From the NCBI GenBank assembly GCA_016748015.1, contig JAAOMT010000200.1:680984-744983 (forward strand): a stretch of DNA of 64,000 nt, written 5' to 3'. Source of the DNA: Geosiphon pyriformis uo1. Lineage: Eukaryota; Fungi; Glomeromycota. Positions 1 to 12,211 of this stretch are shown piece after piece. Each line of letters begins with the position of its first letter. Position 1 is the stretch's first letter. The notes beneath the pieces were generated by a model. It was not told where the DNA came from. It saw nothing but the letters and a program-made list of their open reading frames with translations, and made no database searches. The position numbers and the translations under genes were made by a program.

Positions 1-3000
1 TCTTTACAATAATTTAGTGCACTATTCACAATTAGGAACAGAAGATCTGAACAGTAAAACACTTGCTACCTACTTCCAAGAACTTAATTTTAATATTATT
101 GAGTATTGTGAAGAAAAATATCCAGTACAGTCTAAATACTCTTTTAACTTTGAATTAGAAACAGAGACAAGCAAAAAAGGCAAACAAAAAGGGAAACAAT
201 ACTCAAGAACCACTTTAAACACTCTAATACTATCAAAAACAACTGCCAAACACTTGCAAACACTTGAACAAGGAACCAGTGTCAAATTACCACTTTCTAT
301 TACACCATTTCCAATTTCACTTGTTCAATCACAAACACCAAGTTCACCACTTAACCATTTCTCCAGACCAAAAGATTTTCAGTCAACTAGAAATCCTATT
401 CAACAACAAAAACCAATATTAACAAATGCCAATATCATTGATTACTTACAGAAAAACGAAAGTAATCATTCAGAAAGCTTGGAAAGTGAAAAAACTGAAT
501 CAGAACCAAAAGAAATTACAGGAAACAAAGAAGAAATAGCAACTGCTTACATTGCAAAAATTCCAGAATTCACTGATGAAGACAATGATACCAGTTCTCA
601 AAAATGGCTTGACAAAGTTCAAAAAGCAGGAGATGTAAATGGTTGGATTGCAGCAAGAATGCTCAAAGCAATTCCCTACTTTTTCTAAGGAACAGCAAGA
701 AAATGGTTTGAAAATTTAGAAGAACCATTTAAGAACTGGCAAGCATTCAAAGATGCTTTTTTACAACAATTTACTAACAACAACACCTCTATTACACTCT
801 GCAATCACTTTTGCAATATCAAACAAGAAACATCTGAAACTGTCATGATCTATTTTGGAAGATTCAACAAATTTCTTTGATGAATTTGACAATTGGAAAC
901 CAATAACTACTATTCTAATGCTCAGATTTTGAATCAGTTTATAGCAGGATTAAAAGACAAATTGATTAAGAAAGTCTGTTCACATGTACCAGCAGACTTA
1001 GCAACTGTCATCAGACATGCAAAGAACTATAAAATGGCTATGGAAGAAGCAAACCACACCAAACTCATCAACTTAACTATTGGAAAAACCAGTTCAGCAG
1101 TTGAAAAGAAGATAGACCAATTCATGGAGAAGATTGAAAGCTACTTCACAAACCAATAATAACAGCAACAACAACCACAAAGATATCAACCTCCACAACA
1201 ATGCAACCAAAACAATTTTGGATCACTATCCAACAACCAACCTTAAAATTGTCATTATTGTGGAATTCCAGGACACTGGAAACAAGATTGTAGAAAATTA
1301 CAAAAAGACCAACAAAACAGGAATAATCAATGTTACTCTTTATCACAACAATCTTATTACCAATTTCCACCACCAACCTATTATTCACCAAGGCCACAAA
1401 ATCAAAACAGTTACTATCAACCAGCTCCACAACCAATGTAGCAACAATATCAGCAACCTTTACCAATTCAGCCATATCAAACACCACCCACTTAACAATA
1501 TCAAATACCAGCAAGAAGATTGGTTCAACATAACCAATTCACACTTCAAAATCAATTTCAGAATAACAACAACAGAATCAATCCAAATAACCAGTTGGTT
1601 CTCCAAAATTCTGGTCAGCAAAGACCCAATCATTATTACACTCAACCCAGTTATCTTACAATACCAAAGGAATCGGATTTTCAACAATCTGCACTTTCTG
1701 AAGGTAAAGTTGCAGCACCCAAGTCAAACTCTTCTAACAACTCTATTCTACCAGCTCAAATTACCCAAAATGCCAACCTTTCAGATAAATTTCCATTCGA
1801 ATTTGAAACAAATGAATCACTATTCTTGCTTAGTAATGCAGCAGCTAATAAACAAAGAGCTATTACTGCCATGTACACTAAAGCTACAGTAGAAGGAAAA
1901 CCCATCTGACTAATTCTAGACAGTAAATTAGCTGGAAGTATTATCACCTACCAGTTAATGCAACAGCTTCAAAAAACTGTTGACAGACCAGCCCAAACTG
2001 TAATTGTTACAGCAGATGATATAAAAAAGATACCAGTAAGAAAAATTGACAATTTTCTATTCACCATTAATGGAATTACTATTCCAGTCAAAGTTCTAGT
2101 CATGAATGCACCCCAATACCAAGCTCTAGTCGAAAATGATTGGCTTCTTAAGGCCAATGCAAACTTGGACTGGGAAACTCAGGAATTAAAAATCTTATAT
2201 CAAGGACAATACACTATAGTACCTGCTATTTGTGGTACTTTTAACAAACAATCAGAAAAAGCCCCAGTATTTGAATTTGAAGAGGAGAAAGAAATGCCAC
2301 TTACTAAAACCTATATGGCTCTTGGATCAACATCCAATTGGGCTGAAAGAACAGAACAGAAGATTTTTGAAGAATCAAGAGGATGAAAAAAAGTTAGATA
2401 TTCTACACCAGAACCATGGAAACAATCACCCTATATTCCACTCAAATGCAAAGATTGCAACAAGAAACTTTCATTAATAGAAGCATGTATTTTTCCAGAA
2501 GAAAAATATGAAACTCGTACCTGTTACTTTTGTAAAGCATGTCATAGAGAACAATTTGGATCTCCAAAAAAAAGTGGAAAATGGGACAACACACCTTGCC
2601 TTACATGTGAAGATATGTTACCAGAAGAATACAACTGAATTGATGTTGCAATGAGAGGAGGAGTATGTAATCAAACCTGTTAATATGCTCTATCAATTTT
2701 GGAAAAAGTTAGAAGAGGAACACTATTTGATGCAGCATACAACAGTGCTCTCAATAAACTTTACCACTACCCTCATGATACTGAAATAATTTTTGACCTA
2801 ACAATGGCATTGATTAATAAAGCCACCCAAGAAGATGTCCACCAAATGAAAGAAGCTAAATATATTGAGTATATCATGAAATTAGCTGGATTTGATTATG
2901 AAGATGAAGTAGAAACCTACCACCAAATTGCAAGCCACACATACTCGACTCAAGAAGCTCAAATTCAATGATTAGAGCAAATGAACATTCAATTATGTAA

Positions 3001-5422
3001 AGAATGCATCATGCCTTGTGATGACAAATGGTGTTCAGAATGCTATGCTCTTAGCATTCTCCTGCCAGAGGAAAATAATGAAAATGAAATCAAATTTGAA
3101 GTATCTGAACTGGTAAAAAAACTACCAACCACCTCCATTTATCTTCTTGAAAAGCAACCACCTCTACAACTTAAATATTTCGACAACCATGACCAAGGAA
3201 TCAGACCAGAAAAAGCACATGAAATTAATGCTGAATATGACCTAAGATATCCAGAAAAAGATACTTTGGTTCTCCAACCAAAGTCCTTAACAAAAATCAA
3301 TCTCAAAATTGCTCTTGAAATTCCATCTGGAGCAATAGTTCAAATTGCATCCAGATCATCATTGGCAAGCAAAAAAATTAATATTAAAGAAGGAGTTATA
3401 GATGCAGGATATACTGGAGACATTATCATCATGTTACAAAATGAAACAGACAAACTATTCAGAATTGAACATGCTGAGAAAATTGTCCAAGCAATTTATC
3501 TACTCCTAATCAATATTTCAGAGTTACAATCTGTTAAAAATAGAGAACAATTGGGAAAAAGTAAAAGAGGAACTCAAGGTTTTGGTTCAACTGGACAATT
3601 TACAATTCCAGTAAACATAGCTCTCAATACACAGAATGAATCTTACCAGATTCTTCAACTTCTCCAACCAATTACTATTTTATCTTTTGGTAAACATCAC
3701 GAAATTTACACTTGCTCAAAACCCACCACTACCCAACAAATCTGTTTGAAGCATGAAATCTCAATCTCAAATGTTTATATTCCCAAAGGAATGAAAAAAT
3801 TTTGAGTTATATTCTATAATCCCAATAATTACCTCATTGTCTTATTGAACAAACTAGAGATTGGAATTATATACAGTAATATTTTTCAAGATGAAAACCC
3901 TCAAATTGTCTCTAATTTTATTGAAATTATAAGACATACACTACTTCCAAATTCAATCATCATTTCTATCACTGAAAACTACCACCTTTTGGAAAAAAAA
4001 CTCTCTTAAATCAACATGGGTCTCTTGGAACCCCAACAACAAAGACAATTGAAACAATTGATAGCTGAATTTGCAGATATATTTGCAAAAGACAACAATG
4101 ACCTTGGAAAAACGAATATGGTTCAACACCAAATCCATACAAAAGATGTTCCACCAAAATGACAACAAATCTATTGAGTTCCACTTGCTAGCCACCAATT
4201 TATTAGAGAAAAGGTCCAAAGAATGCTCAATAACGGATTGATTCAATCATCAAGAAGTCCATGGGCTTCACCAGTAGTTCTTGTCAAAAAAAAAAACGGA
4301 AAAATCAGATTCTGTGTTAATTATTGACAATTAAATAGTGTCACAATTGAAGATACCTACCCTCTCCTAAGAATTAATGACATGTTAGATGCTTTAGAAA
4401 AAGCCAAGTTCTTCTTAACTTTAGACTTGGAAAGTGAATACTGACAAGTCGAAATGGACCCAAAAGATAGATCCAAAACAGCATTCACCACCCAAGGAGG
4501 AAACTATGAGTTCAATGTTATGCCTTTTGAACTCTGCAATGCACCAGCAACATTCCAACGACTCATAGATGTTGTATATGAAGGACTCTTATGGCAATTA
4601 GTAGTTGTTTACCTTGATAACACTGATGTGTATTCACCAAGCTTTAAAGCCCATCTTATTTACCTGCGAGAAGTTTTTCAATGATTACGGAAAGCAGGAT
4701 TGAAGTTAAATATTGAGAAATGTCATTTTGGAAAAACAAGCTTAATCTTTCTTGGACACATAGTTAGCAAAGATGGAGTCAAACCAAACTCTGAAACAAT
4801 TAGTGCTGTCAAAAACTTTCAAACTCCCAAAAATACCACAGAACTAAGAGGATTTGTAGGATTAGTCTCCTACTATTGGAAATTCATAAAAGAATTCTCA
4901 GAAATTGCCAAACTACTCAATTATCTTACCAACAAAAATGTGCCATACAAATAAACAGAAGAAAAACAAAAAGCTTTTGAAATCCTCAAAACAAGATTAA
5001 CAACAGCCCCAGTTTTTGCTTACCCAGACTTCAACAAATGGTTCCAACTAGCCACTGATGCTTCACACATAGCTTTTGGTGCCATCCTATCACAACTAGA
5101 TGAAAATGGCCAGGAACAAGTCATTGTCTATGCTAGTAGAACACTCAAGCCAACAGAACTCAAATATGGCTCAACAGAACTAGAAGCTGCCGCAGTCATT
5201 TGGGCTCTCAAACACTTTCAACAATACCTAAAGAATGGAAAAGAATTATACATAATAACTGACAATATTGGCCTCAAATGGCTTAATAAAAAGAAAACTA
5301 AACAAAGTGCCAAACAGTCTCAATGGAATGACTTCCTAGCAGACTACAGATATATTGTACACCACAAACCAGGAAAACTATATACTAATGTTGATAGCCT
5401 CTCAAGAATAAAACAAAATTAA
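1..5422 (+). pseudogene. Element A single-frame gag-pol (Gag extension, capsid, zinc knuckle, protease, Cys-rich domain, dUTPase, RT, RNase H), many premature stops
   Basis: ORF fragments 17, 893, 1520, 1958, 2699, 2981, 4454 and 4700 all lie in one frame; motifs KIPEF..W..V.KAG..NGW, CHYCGIPGHWKQDC, LILDSKLAG, KTAFTT/MPF.L.NAPATFQ, YLDN, TDAS, DSLSR then TAA 5420-5422. Confidence 0.93.
3170..3600 (+). pseudogene. dut: dUTPase domain in element A pol, between PR and RT
   Basis: All five trimeric dUTPase motifs: AEYDL, ASRSSLA, GVIDAGYTGDI, KIVQ, RGTQGFGSTG. Confidence 0.93.
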
Positions 5423-5479
5423 TACCAACAACAATTCCATCACAACTTACCAACTTACTAACAAAATAACCAAACAACA

Positions 5480-6865
5480 ATGGATTCCAGAAATTACAGC
5501 AATCTTAAAAATTATTTGGAGACCCTTACTATGCCAAAAAATTGGTTTCCAAATGAAAAACATCATTTACAACACCAATCAAAACAATATTTCATACACC
5601 ATAACAAAATCTATTATAAAAATTACAAAAATCCAAACCAACCACTCAGATTAGTACAAAAGAATGAAAAAGAAACAATTTTATACAACATGTACACAAA
5701 TCCATCTTCAGCACACTTGGGAAGAAATGAAACAATTCAAAGAACTCTTGAACATTAATTTTGGCCTCACATGCAAAAAGACATTTGACAATATGTAGAA
5801 TTTTGTAATAGTTGTTAAAAAAGAGGAAGAACTCACCCCACAGAACCTTTAAATCCAATCAAAATTGAACAGTTTTTTGACAGAGTTGGAATTGATTTAG
5901 TTAAACCATTACTTATCACAACTCAAAGAAATTGTTATATTGCAGTTGCAGTAGATTATCTTACCAAATGGCCTAAAGCTAGAGCCATCCAAAGAGCAGA
6001 TGCAAAATCAGTAGCAAATTTCATCTATGAAGACATTATCTGTAGACATAGATGCCCAATTGAACTTTTATCTGATTAAGAAACACATTTTGTGAACAAC
6101 TTGATACAAAAAATTTGCAAACAATTCAATGTCAAAAAACTTCTATTATCACCTTATTACCCCCAAAAAAATGGACTTGTAGAACATTTCAACAGAACAT
6201 TGTATAAATTTTTAGCCAAAGTCTCAACAAATTTTGAGCAGGAATGGGATATTTTTATTCCATCAGTGTTACTAGCATACAGAACACTAAAACAAAATAC
6301 TATGAAACATACATCATTTGATCTTACTTATGGAAAGACAGCAACATTACCAATTAATTTCACAGTAGAAACATATTCAGTACAACCAATCAATGAAGAA
6401 AACTTCCAAGAAACACTCCAAAAAAGAGCCTATACTCTTCTTAGTACACTGAAAGGAAAAAAAAAGATAGCAGCAACTCATATTAAACATTCTCAAGCTT
6501 AACAAAAAGAAAGACATGACAACAAATTACCACCCATAACGAACAAATTTAAAGTTGAAAATAAAGTTCTCTTATACAGAACTAAAACTGAAAAACAATG
6601 GAGTGAAAAATTTGAAAACAAATAGGATAGACCATTTTATATTCATGAAATTCTAGGCAATAGATCATACAAGTTAAGACTTGATGACAAAGTACTAGCA
6701 AAAGTTGCACATGGAGATAGATTGAAACACTATCATTTCAGAAACAATCCTAAACTATTAATTCCACAAATTGGTACACATTCTCCTTTAATTAATTTTG
6801 AAGATATTCCCCAAAATTTAGAACCAATAATTATAATAGAACAACAACCACACTTGAACACTTAA
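5480..6865 (+). pseudogene. Element A integrase (own ATG), HHCC-DDE-GPY/F, no chromodomain
   Basis: MDSRNY start; AHLG...FWP..C..C; GIDLV, LSD, NGLVEHFN; C-terminal NLEPIIIIE. Confidence 0.92.
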
Positions 6866-7016
6866 TTCAACATAATTTTACAATAATTATTTAATAATAC
6901 ACAAAGACAAAAATAGTAAATAATTACAAAAACACCCAAACCCAAAAACAAATAAAATCCCATATCCAAAAAATAATTTCTTTATTCTCCTTTTTTATTA
7001 ATTAGTCAATTTTATT

Positions 7017-7691
7017 ATGATTATTCCCCGAAATATTCAACAAATATCCCAAAAACTAATGTTAGTCTTGAAAACACTTCCTGACTTATCCATAACAATT
7101 AATGGAAGTCAAATTAATTACATTCAGAAAAAAACCACAGCCCCAATAGTAAATAATTCTCAGAATTATCGAAATAGATTACCAGAACTTTTGAAGCAAG
7201 CACTGAAAGAAAACTTTTTAATTGCCTCTATTGACATTCCACCAAATGCCACAATTCAACAGAAACTTCTACTATGTTTTAATGAACAGAGCAATGAACA
7301 TACTCTTATATATAGATATTTTCATATTGGGAAAACACTTTACAAATGAAAACTGGAACTTGAAGCAACCAACATTACTCCTGAGGCTATACAAAAACAA
7401 ATTCACAATGAATTTAAGACAGCAACTGAATCAACAAACACTTGCTACAAACTTAGAGCAGCTTTTAGACTCTATGATTTATTCACCACTTGTGAAAACG
7501 TCTTACAAAATCTAATACTCCAACCAATGAAAATTCAATACATTGGAAAACTTACAGAACTGAAATTTCAACAATTTTCAAACCAAATCATTTCAATTAT
7601 CTTGGACCACTATCTTAACATTACAGATAGTGCTTAGACTTCAACAGAGCTCAGTTTTGAGGAAGAGATTATGTTATCAGTAGAATTTTAG
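7017..7691 (+). pseudogene. Element A ORF3, accessory protein of unknown function (about 225 codons, reads through the PPT into the LTR)
   Basis: ATG 7017; frame continues past mutational stops; visibly homologous to ORF3 of E, G, C, D and B. Confidence 0.8.
7659..7668 (+). other. Polypurine tract of element A
   Basis: GAGGAAGAGA, 3 nt before the LTR TG. Confidence 0.85.
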
Positions 7692-8590
7692 CTATTAATT
7701 AGCATGAAATTACCCTTATAATTTTTATTATTAATTAGCATACATTATTATTAATTCAATTATCACTTATTATTTAATCAAATTATCAAATATTATTACT
7801 CAATCAATAATTCAATTTGTACTCTAGAAATTAAGATGATCAAATTACACAATACCCTGAATCTTTTAACATAGTTAAAATTCGCCGAAATTAATGAAAA
7901 TTTGCCAAAATGTATCTTTAGTTCAGCAAAGAAAAAAGTGCAAGTTCAAAGACTAGTACTACAACAAATTGTATAAAAAAAGAGCTTTTCTCTTCAAAAA
8001 AATGTATCTTCTTATAGTATCTTACTATAGTATCTTACTTTAGATATCTTAATTGAAACAAATTACCTTTTACAAAATCAAATAAAAATTAAATATTCGA
8101 AAACCAAATTCTTAAATTATTACACTTGAAATTCCCTCAACACAACTAACGTTTTGAAATTGATTAGCTACCAATTTCAATAAATTGTTAGTGACTCCAG
8201 GTCTGGATAGAAAACATTTTCATTAACAAAATTCTATTTCTTTTACATTTTTTTTATTTTATTTTTATTTTCTTATTACAATCATTGGGGTAGCCTATAG
8301 ATGAAATTTCTGTAGAAGAGTTGACTTTCACAGCAAAGTAACTACACATTTTAGGGAGCTTCCAGACAAGCAATTCCTGGGAAAGAGTTGACATTTATTA
8401 CAACATAACTACATAAAGTAACTGGCAAGGAATTGGCCATTCCACTTATAAGCCCAGCAGTTCAAATTATCTCCTATAATTTGAAGATAAATTCAGTTAC
8501 TGAAGGTCCAACTACTTCCTGGAAACGTGAATTCACAGCAAATCAACATTACCAACATTTAAAAAAAGAGACCAAAAACTTCCAGTAACA
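7672..8590 (+). repeat. 3' LTR of element A (919 bp), TATA-like GTATAAAA at about 7971
   Basis: TGTTA...TAACA termini; collinear with the G LTR (58029-59000, reverse) and related to the E LTRs. Confidence 0.93.
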
Positions 8591-11500
8591 CCATTCTTTA
8601 AAAACAAAGCTTTTGCAAAAAACTGTGCAAACTGCAATATTTGAGGTATAAGAGAACAGTAATTGGGAAACACTTGAAAAGGAGATGAAAAGATCAAAAA
8701 GTGCACTCCAAGCAGTGGCATGGGCATTCAACAAGTAACAACAAACAAAATTATTAACCACACAAGAAAAAACATGATCAAAAACCTCAACCTCACTACA
8801 ATACAGACACAGCACATTGGGGTAGCATCTGTCATACAGTCACTTCCAAACAGCAACTGACAGCTAATAGTATAAAGCTTTCATGAAATATGTGTAAATG
8901 CCAGCCATAGATTTACTGGTAAAGCCAGCAGCTATGTATAAGTCTGGATGCCACACCAATGACAATTTAAGCCAATCAATGTCTAAGTACAGACTATTAT
9001 CCAAAATTCTAAAATTTAAACCAACCTCCCAGCATGCATGAAGAATAGACCTAAAGACCCCATGAACAAAATGTCTAAAATTACCAGAAATAACATTTTC
9101 TTCAGCTAAAATATAACACTTCTTCACACGAGGAATAAAACACCAGAGAGAAAGAGATACCACATCAGCAAATATATTAGTGTGTTTATTACTCATGACA
9201 CCCAAATAATCTTTTATCTTGTGCCAGCTAACATTTAAATTTTTTTTCTAATAATGTTTACAATGTGCCAATATTCAATCCAGTAATTCCGAAAATCTGG
9301 ATAAACAAGACCCAATTCCAATTTGCACACATTTAAGGCAGCTTAACTGTCCATAAAGACACTAACTGAGCAATTAGAAAAGACACACTCAAAAGCCAAT
9401 GTGATGGCCTGCAATTTAGCCAAAGTAGAAGACATCAAACCAAAATCCTGACTCCCAAACCCAGGCTTATATTCTCAAAAAAAACTGCAGCACCAGCTCT
9501 TATGTTAACACTTCCCAAGCCCCTTAGAAATCCATCCGTATAAACAGAAAGGCTGTCAGTTCCAAGATCTAACAACTGACCAAAAATCAATCCAAACTTA
9601 CTAGATTCTAAAATATCAAAAGGTTCAGCAACACCCACAGGAGAAAAACAGGCAGGGAAAAGAGCAACACTATTAAGAAAGTTAACAGAAAGTCTAAACT
9701 ATTCAGGAATAGGGCCACATGGATCCAGTCTTTTCTAATACTTAAATGTTCTCCAATTAAAAACAGCCACATTCTTATCACAGAGCTGTTTAACAAAAGC
9801 AATACCATATCTCTAAAGGGATGAAAGAAACTTAAAGTAACTAGTCTTGCCAAAAACAGATGACATAGAAGTTCTGCTGTGAAAACAGAAAGAATTGTTC
9901 ACATGACCACCCAGAGACAGACTACACCCAAGAAAAATGTGAATCATACCTGCAAAAAAATTATTAGAAGCACTGATTTTAATACAAGCTGAAAACACCA
10001 ATGGATGGAGTGGACTCCAAGACAAAACCTGAAAGTCATGTGACCTGTGCAAAAACAACTGACCCAAAATCTCAACAGAGTTTGCAAAGCACATAACAGA
10101 AGCAACTTTGCTTTCAGCTTGGACTTGCTCAAAAGTTTTCAAATCATACAATGAAGGATGATAAAGTGCATCATTGGGAAAATTGAGAGATAGACTGGAC
10201 TTCAGTTTTAAGTTCCTGCAAATCAAAGAATCTCATTTATTACACACATCAATAGGAACAAAACTGAACTGTGTTCTGTAATTGACAATAAAGTAAAGAA
10301 CTGCCAACACCAGATACAAAAATTGTTTGTTAGAAATGATCTTCCTTAGAATCAGATTGGTAAAAAACCTAATATCAGAATTTGTCTTAACTAGACTAGG
10401 CTTCGACAAACCTTCAATTGACAAAAAAATCCCTAGGTAGTGATAAGACTCTCCTTTTTTGGCAATGGATATAGGCAAACCACTAATAGACAACTTAGAA
10501 CATATAACTCTGCAATTAATAGGAATTGCCACTGTCTTGTCATTGTTAATAGAAATGTTATTAATTCGAAAAAACTCATTAGCAACATTGAGAATGTGTT
10601 AAGTTGCAGCTTGGCTGCTACCAATCCAGATTGTGTCATCAACAAAAACACCAGCAGCAAGAAAAGATGTCAATTTAGCCTGAGATTTTATGCAACCAGA
10701 TCTGACAACGAAATAAGAGTTCAGTCTATAACCATATATGCTTTCTTGTCTTTTGACTTCACACAAAAAAGAATTATAAAATATGTGCCAAAGAAGTGGT
10801 GAGAACACCTCCTCTTGATCTAAACCATTATGCATTTGATATCTATCTATTAGATCAAAATCTGTTATTATTCTATTAACACGACCATTGTAAATGTTAC
10901 CAAAAAATCTAATGAACTTGTCACATATCTTTATTCTGACTAAACTGTTCCTAAAATGCTCCCATTCAACAGAGTTATAAGCTTTTTGCATGTCTTACAA
11001 GATTAATCAAAGTTCACGGTTCTTTTCCAAAGCATCCTTAATAACTGAACCTATGGCAAAAATGGGAGATTGTGTTGTCATACTCTTTAGAACCAAGAAA
11101 TTATTTCTGCACAAGACATTAAAAGAGCTGTATGCTGAAGAAATTCTATCTGAGAGAATCTTAGAAAAGATTTTGCAGGCAGTTTTGATTAAAGCAATAG
11201 GTCAGGTGTTTATAAAAACTCCTTTCCACTTATATGGTTTTGGAATCATTGATACCCAAGCTTCCTTCCAAGCACCAAGCACTAATTCATGAAACAAACA
11301 GAAGTTTAAAAGCACCAAAAGCATATCCAAGACCAATTTGTCACAATACTTTCAAAGCTTGTTTGACACCCTAGAAAAACCAGCAGCTTTACCATTAGGC
11401 AGATTAAAAATCACTCCGAATAGCTTATCAAAACTAACCGAACACATCACATTTAAAAAAGCATCATTAAAAACATACTCCAAAGGCTGATATTGATGAG

Positions 11501-11880
11501 ACCAATCACCAGAAAAATTTTTCACTACACTATGCTTCTTGGTCCAACTTTCTATAATAACATTAATTTTGGTCTTAACTAGATCAGATTTCAGAATCAG
11601 TTCATCTTCAACTACCAGATAGTCTAAAACCATTTTTCGAAAAAGACACTCCAGCACATTTCTGATTATGTTACCTTTGTTGACTACAAAATTCTCCATC
11701 CACTTATCAATAGCCAACTTTATTCTTAATTCTTCAGCTTGCAAAAACTTAGCAAGCTTGGAGACACAATATGTCTTTTGCACACTGAAAAAAGCCAAGT
11801 GCACTTGATTAAAACCTACATTAGAGTTCACAATTTTTTGCACAATTGAAGTTTTAACACTGTCTAAAGAATTCCAACAG
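8591..11880 (-). mobile_element. LINE (non-LTR retrotransposon) fragment 1, 5'-truncated: RT, RNase H, C-terminal Cys/His finger; 3' end interrupted by element A
   Basis: KAYNSV, GLDQEEVFSPLLW, FVDDT, YLGIF (RT); VYTDG..AGAAVFF (RNase H, about 9200-9560); CLYCSEVEVFDHVFSC. Confidence 0.9.
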
Positions 11881-12211
11881 AGTATTTTTTTAACTGTTTT
11901 AATTAAATAATAGATTAAATAATAAGTTAAATAATTAAAAATTTTTCTTATTTATATGACTTAAAAATTATTAATATTTAGATTTTTTTACAATTTAAAA
12001 ACCAACTTGTTAAACAAATATATATTTAATAAATTTAATAACAAATACAAATTTCTTACAATATTTTTATAATTTATTTATAATATTAAACAAATTAACA
12101 ATTTTGTTATTTGTAAATTTTTAACTATATTTAATAGCCTTTAATATTTTATTTTTTTATCTTAAAAAATATTTATTATTTATGTAATTTAATAAAACAT
12201 ATTAATAATAT
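11881..12211. other. Extremely AT-rich spacer (left part of the site interrupted by element B)
   Basis: Almost no C/G, no ORF; contiguous with 50298-51187 once B is removed (TSD ATAT). Confidence 0.7.

Larger units (their letters stand above)
1..8590 (+). mobile_element. Ty3/Gypsy LTR retrotransposon A (5' LTR outside window), dUTPase-bearing, decayed; inserted in the 3' part of LINE fragment 1
   Basis: Order gag(CCHC)-PR-dUTPase-RT-RH-IN-ORF3-PPT-LTR; LTR TGTTA(7672)...TAACA(8590) followed directly by LINE ORF2 sequence. Confidence 0.95.

Noticed and set aside
1134-1892. 252-aa alternative-frame ORF over gag, and other antisense ORFs over pol
   Set aside because: By-products of CAA/AAC-rich codon usage; not conserved in extent between A and E.
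2981-3805. Host dUTPase gene
   Set aside because: In frame within Pol and at the same position in five elements.
6500-6865. Chromodomain at the integrase C-terminus
   Set aside because: No Y/F-LVKW.G motif; IN ends about 70 aa after the GPY/F region.
7017-7691. ORF3 as an envelope gene
   Set aside because: Too short, with no signal peptide, furin/fusion motif or transmembrane helix visible.
8591-8594. Target-site sequence preference (CCAT, CCAG, CCGA, ACAG, ATAT, ATAT)
   Set aside because: Six sites from four families, altered by C>T decay; too few to infer a consensus.
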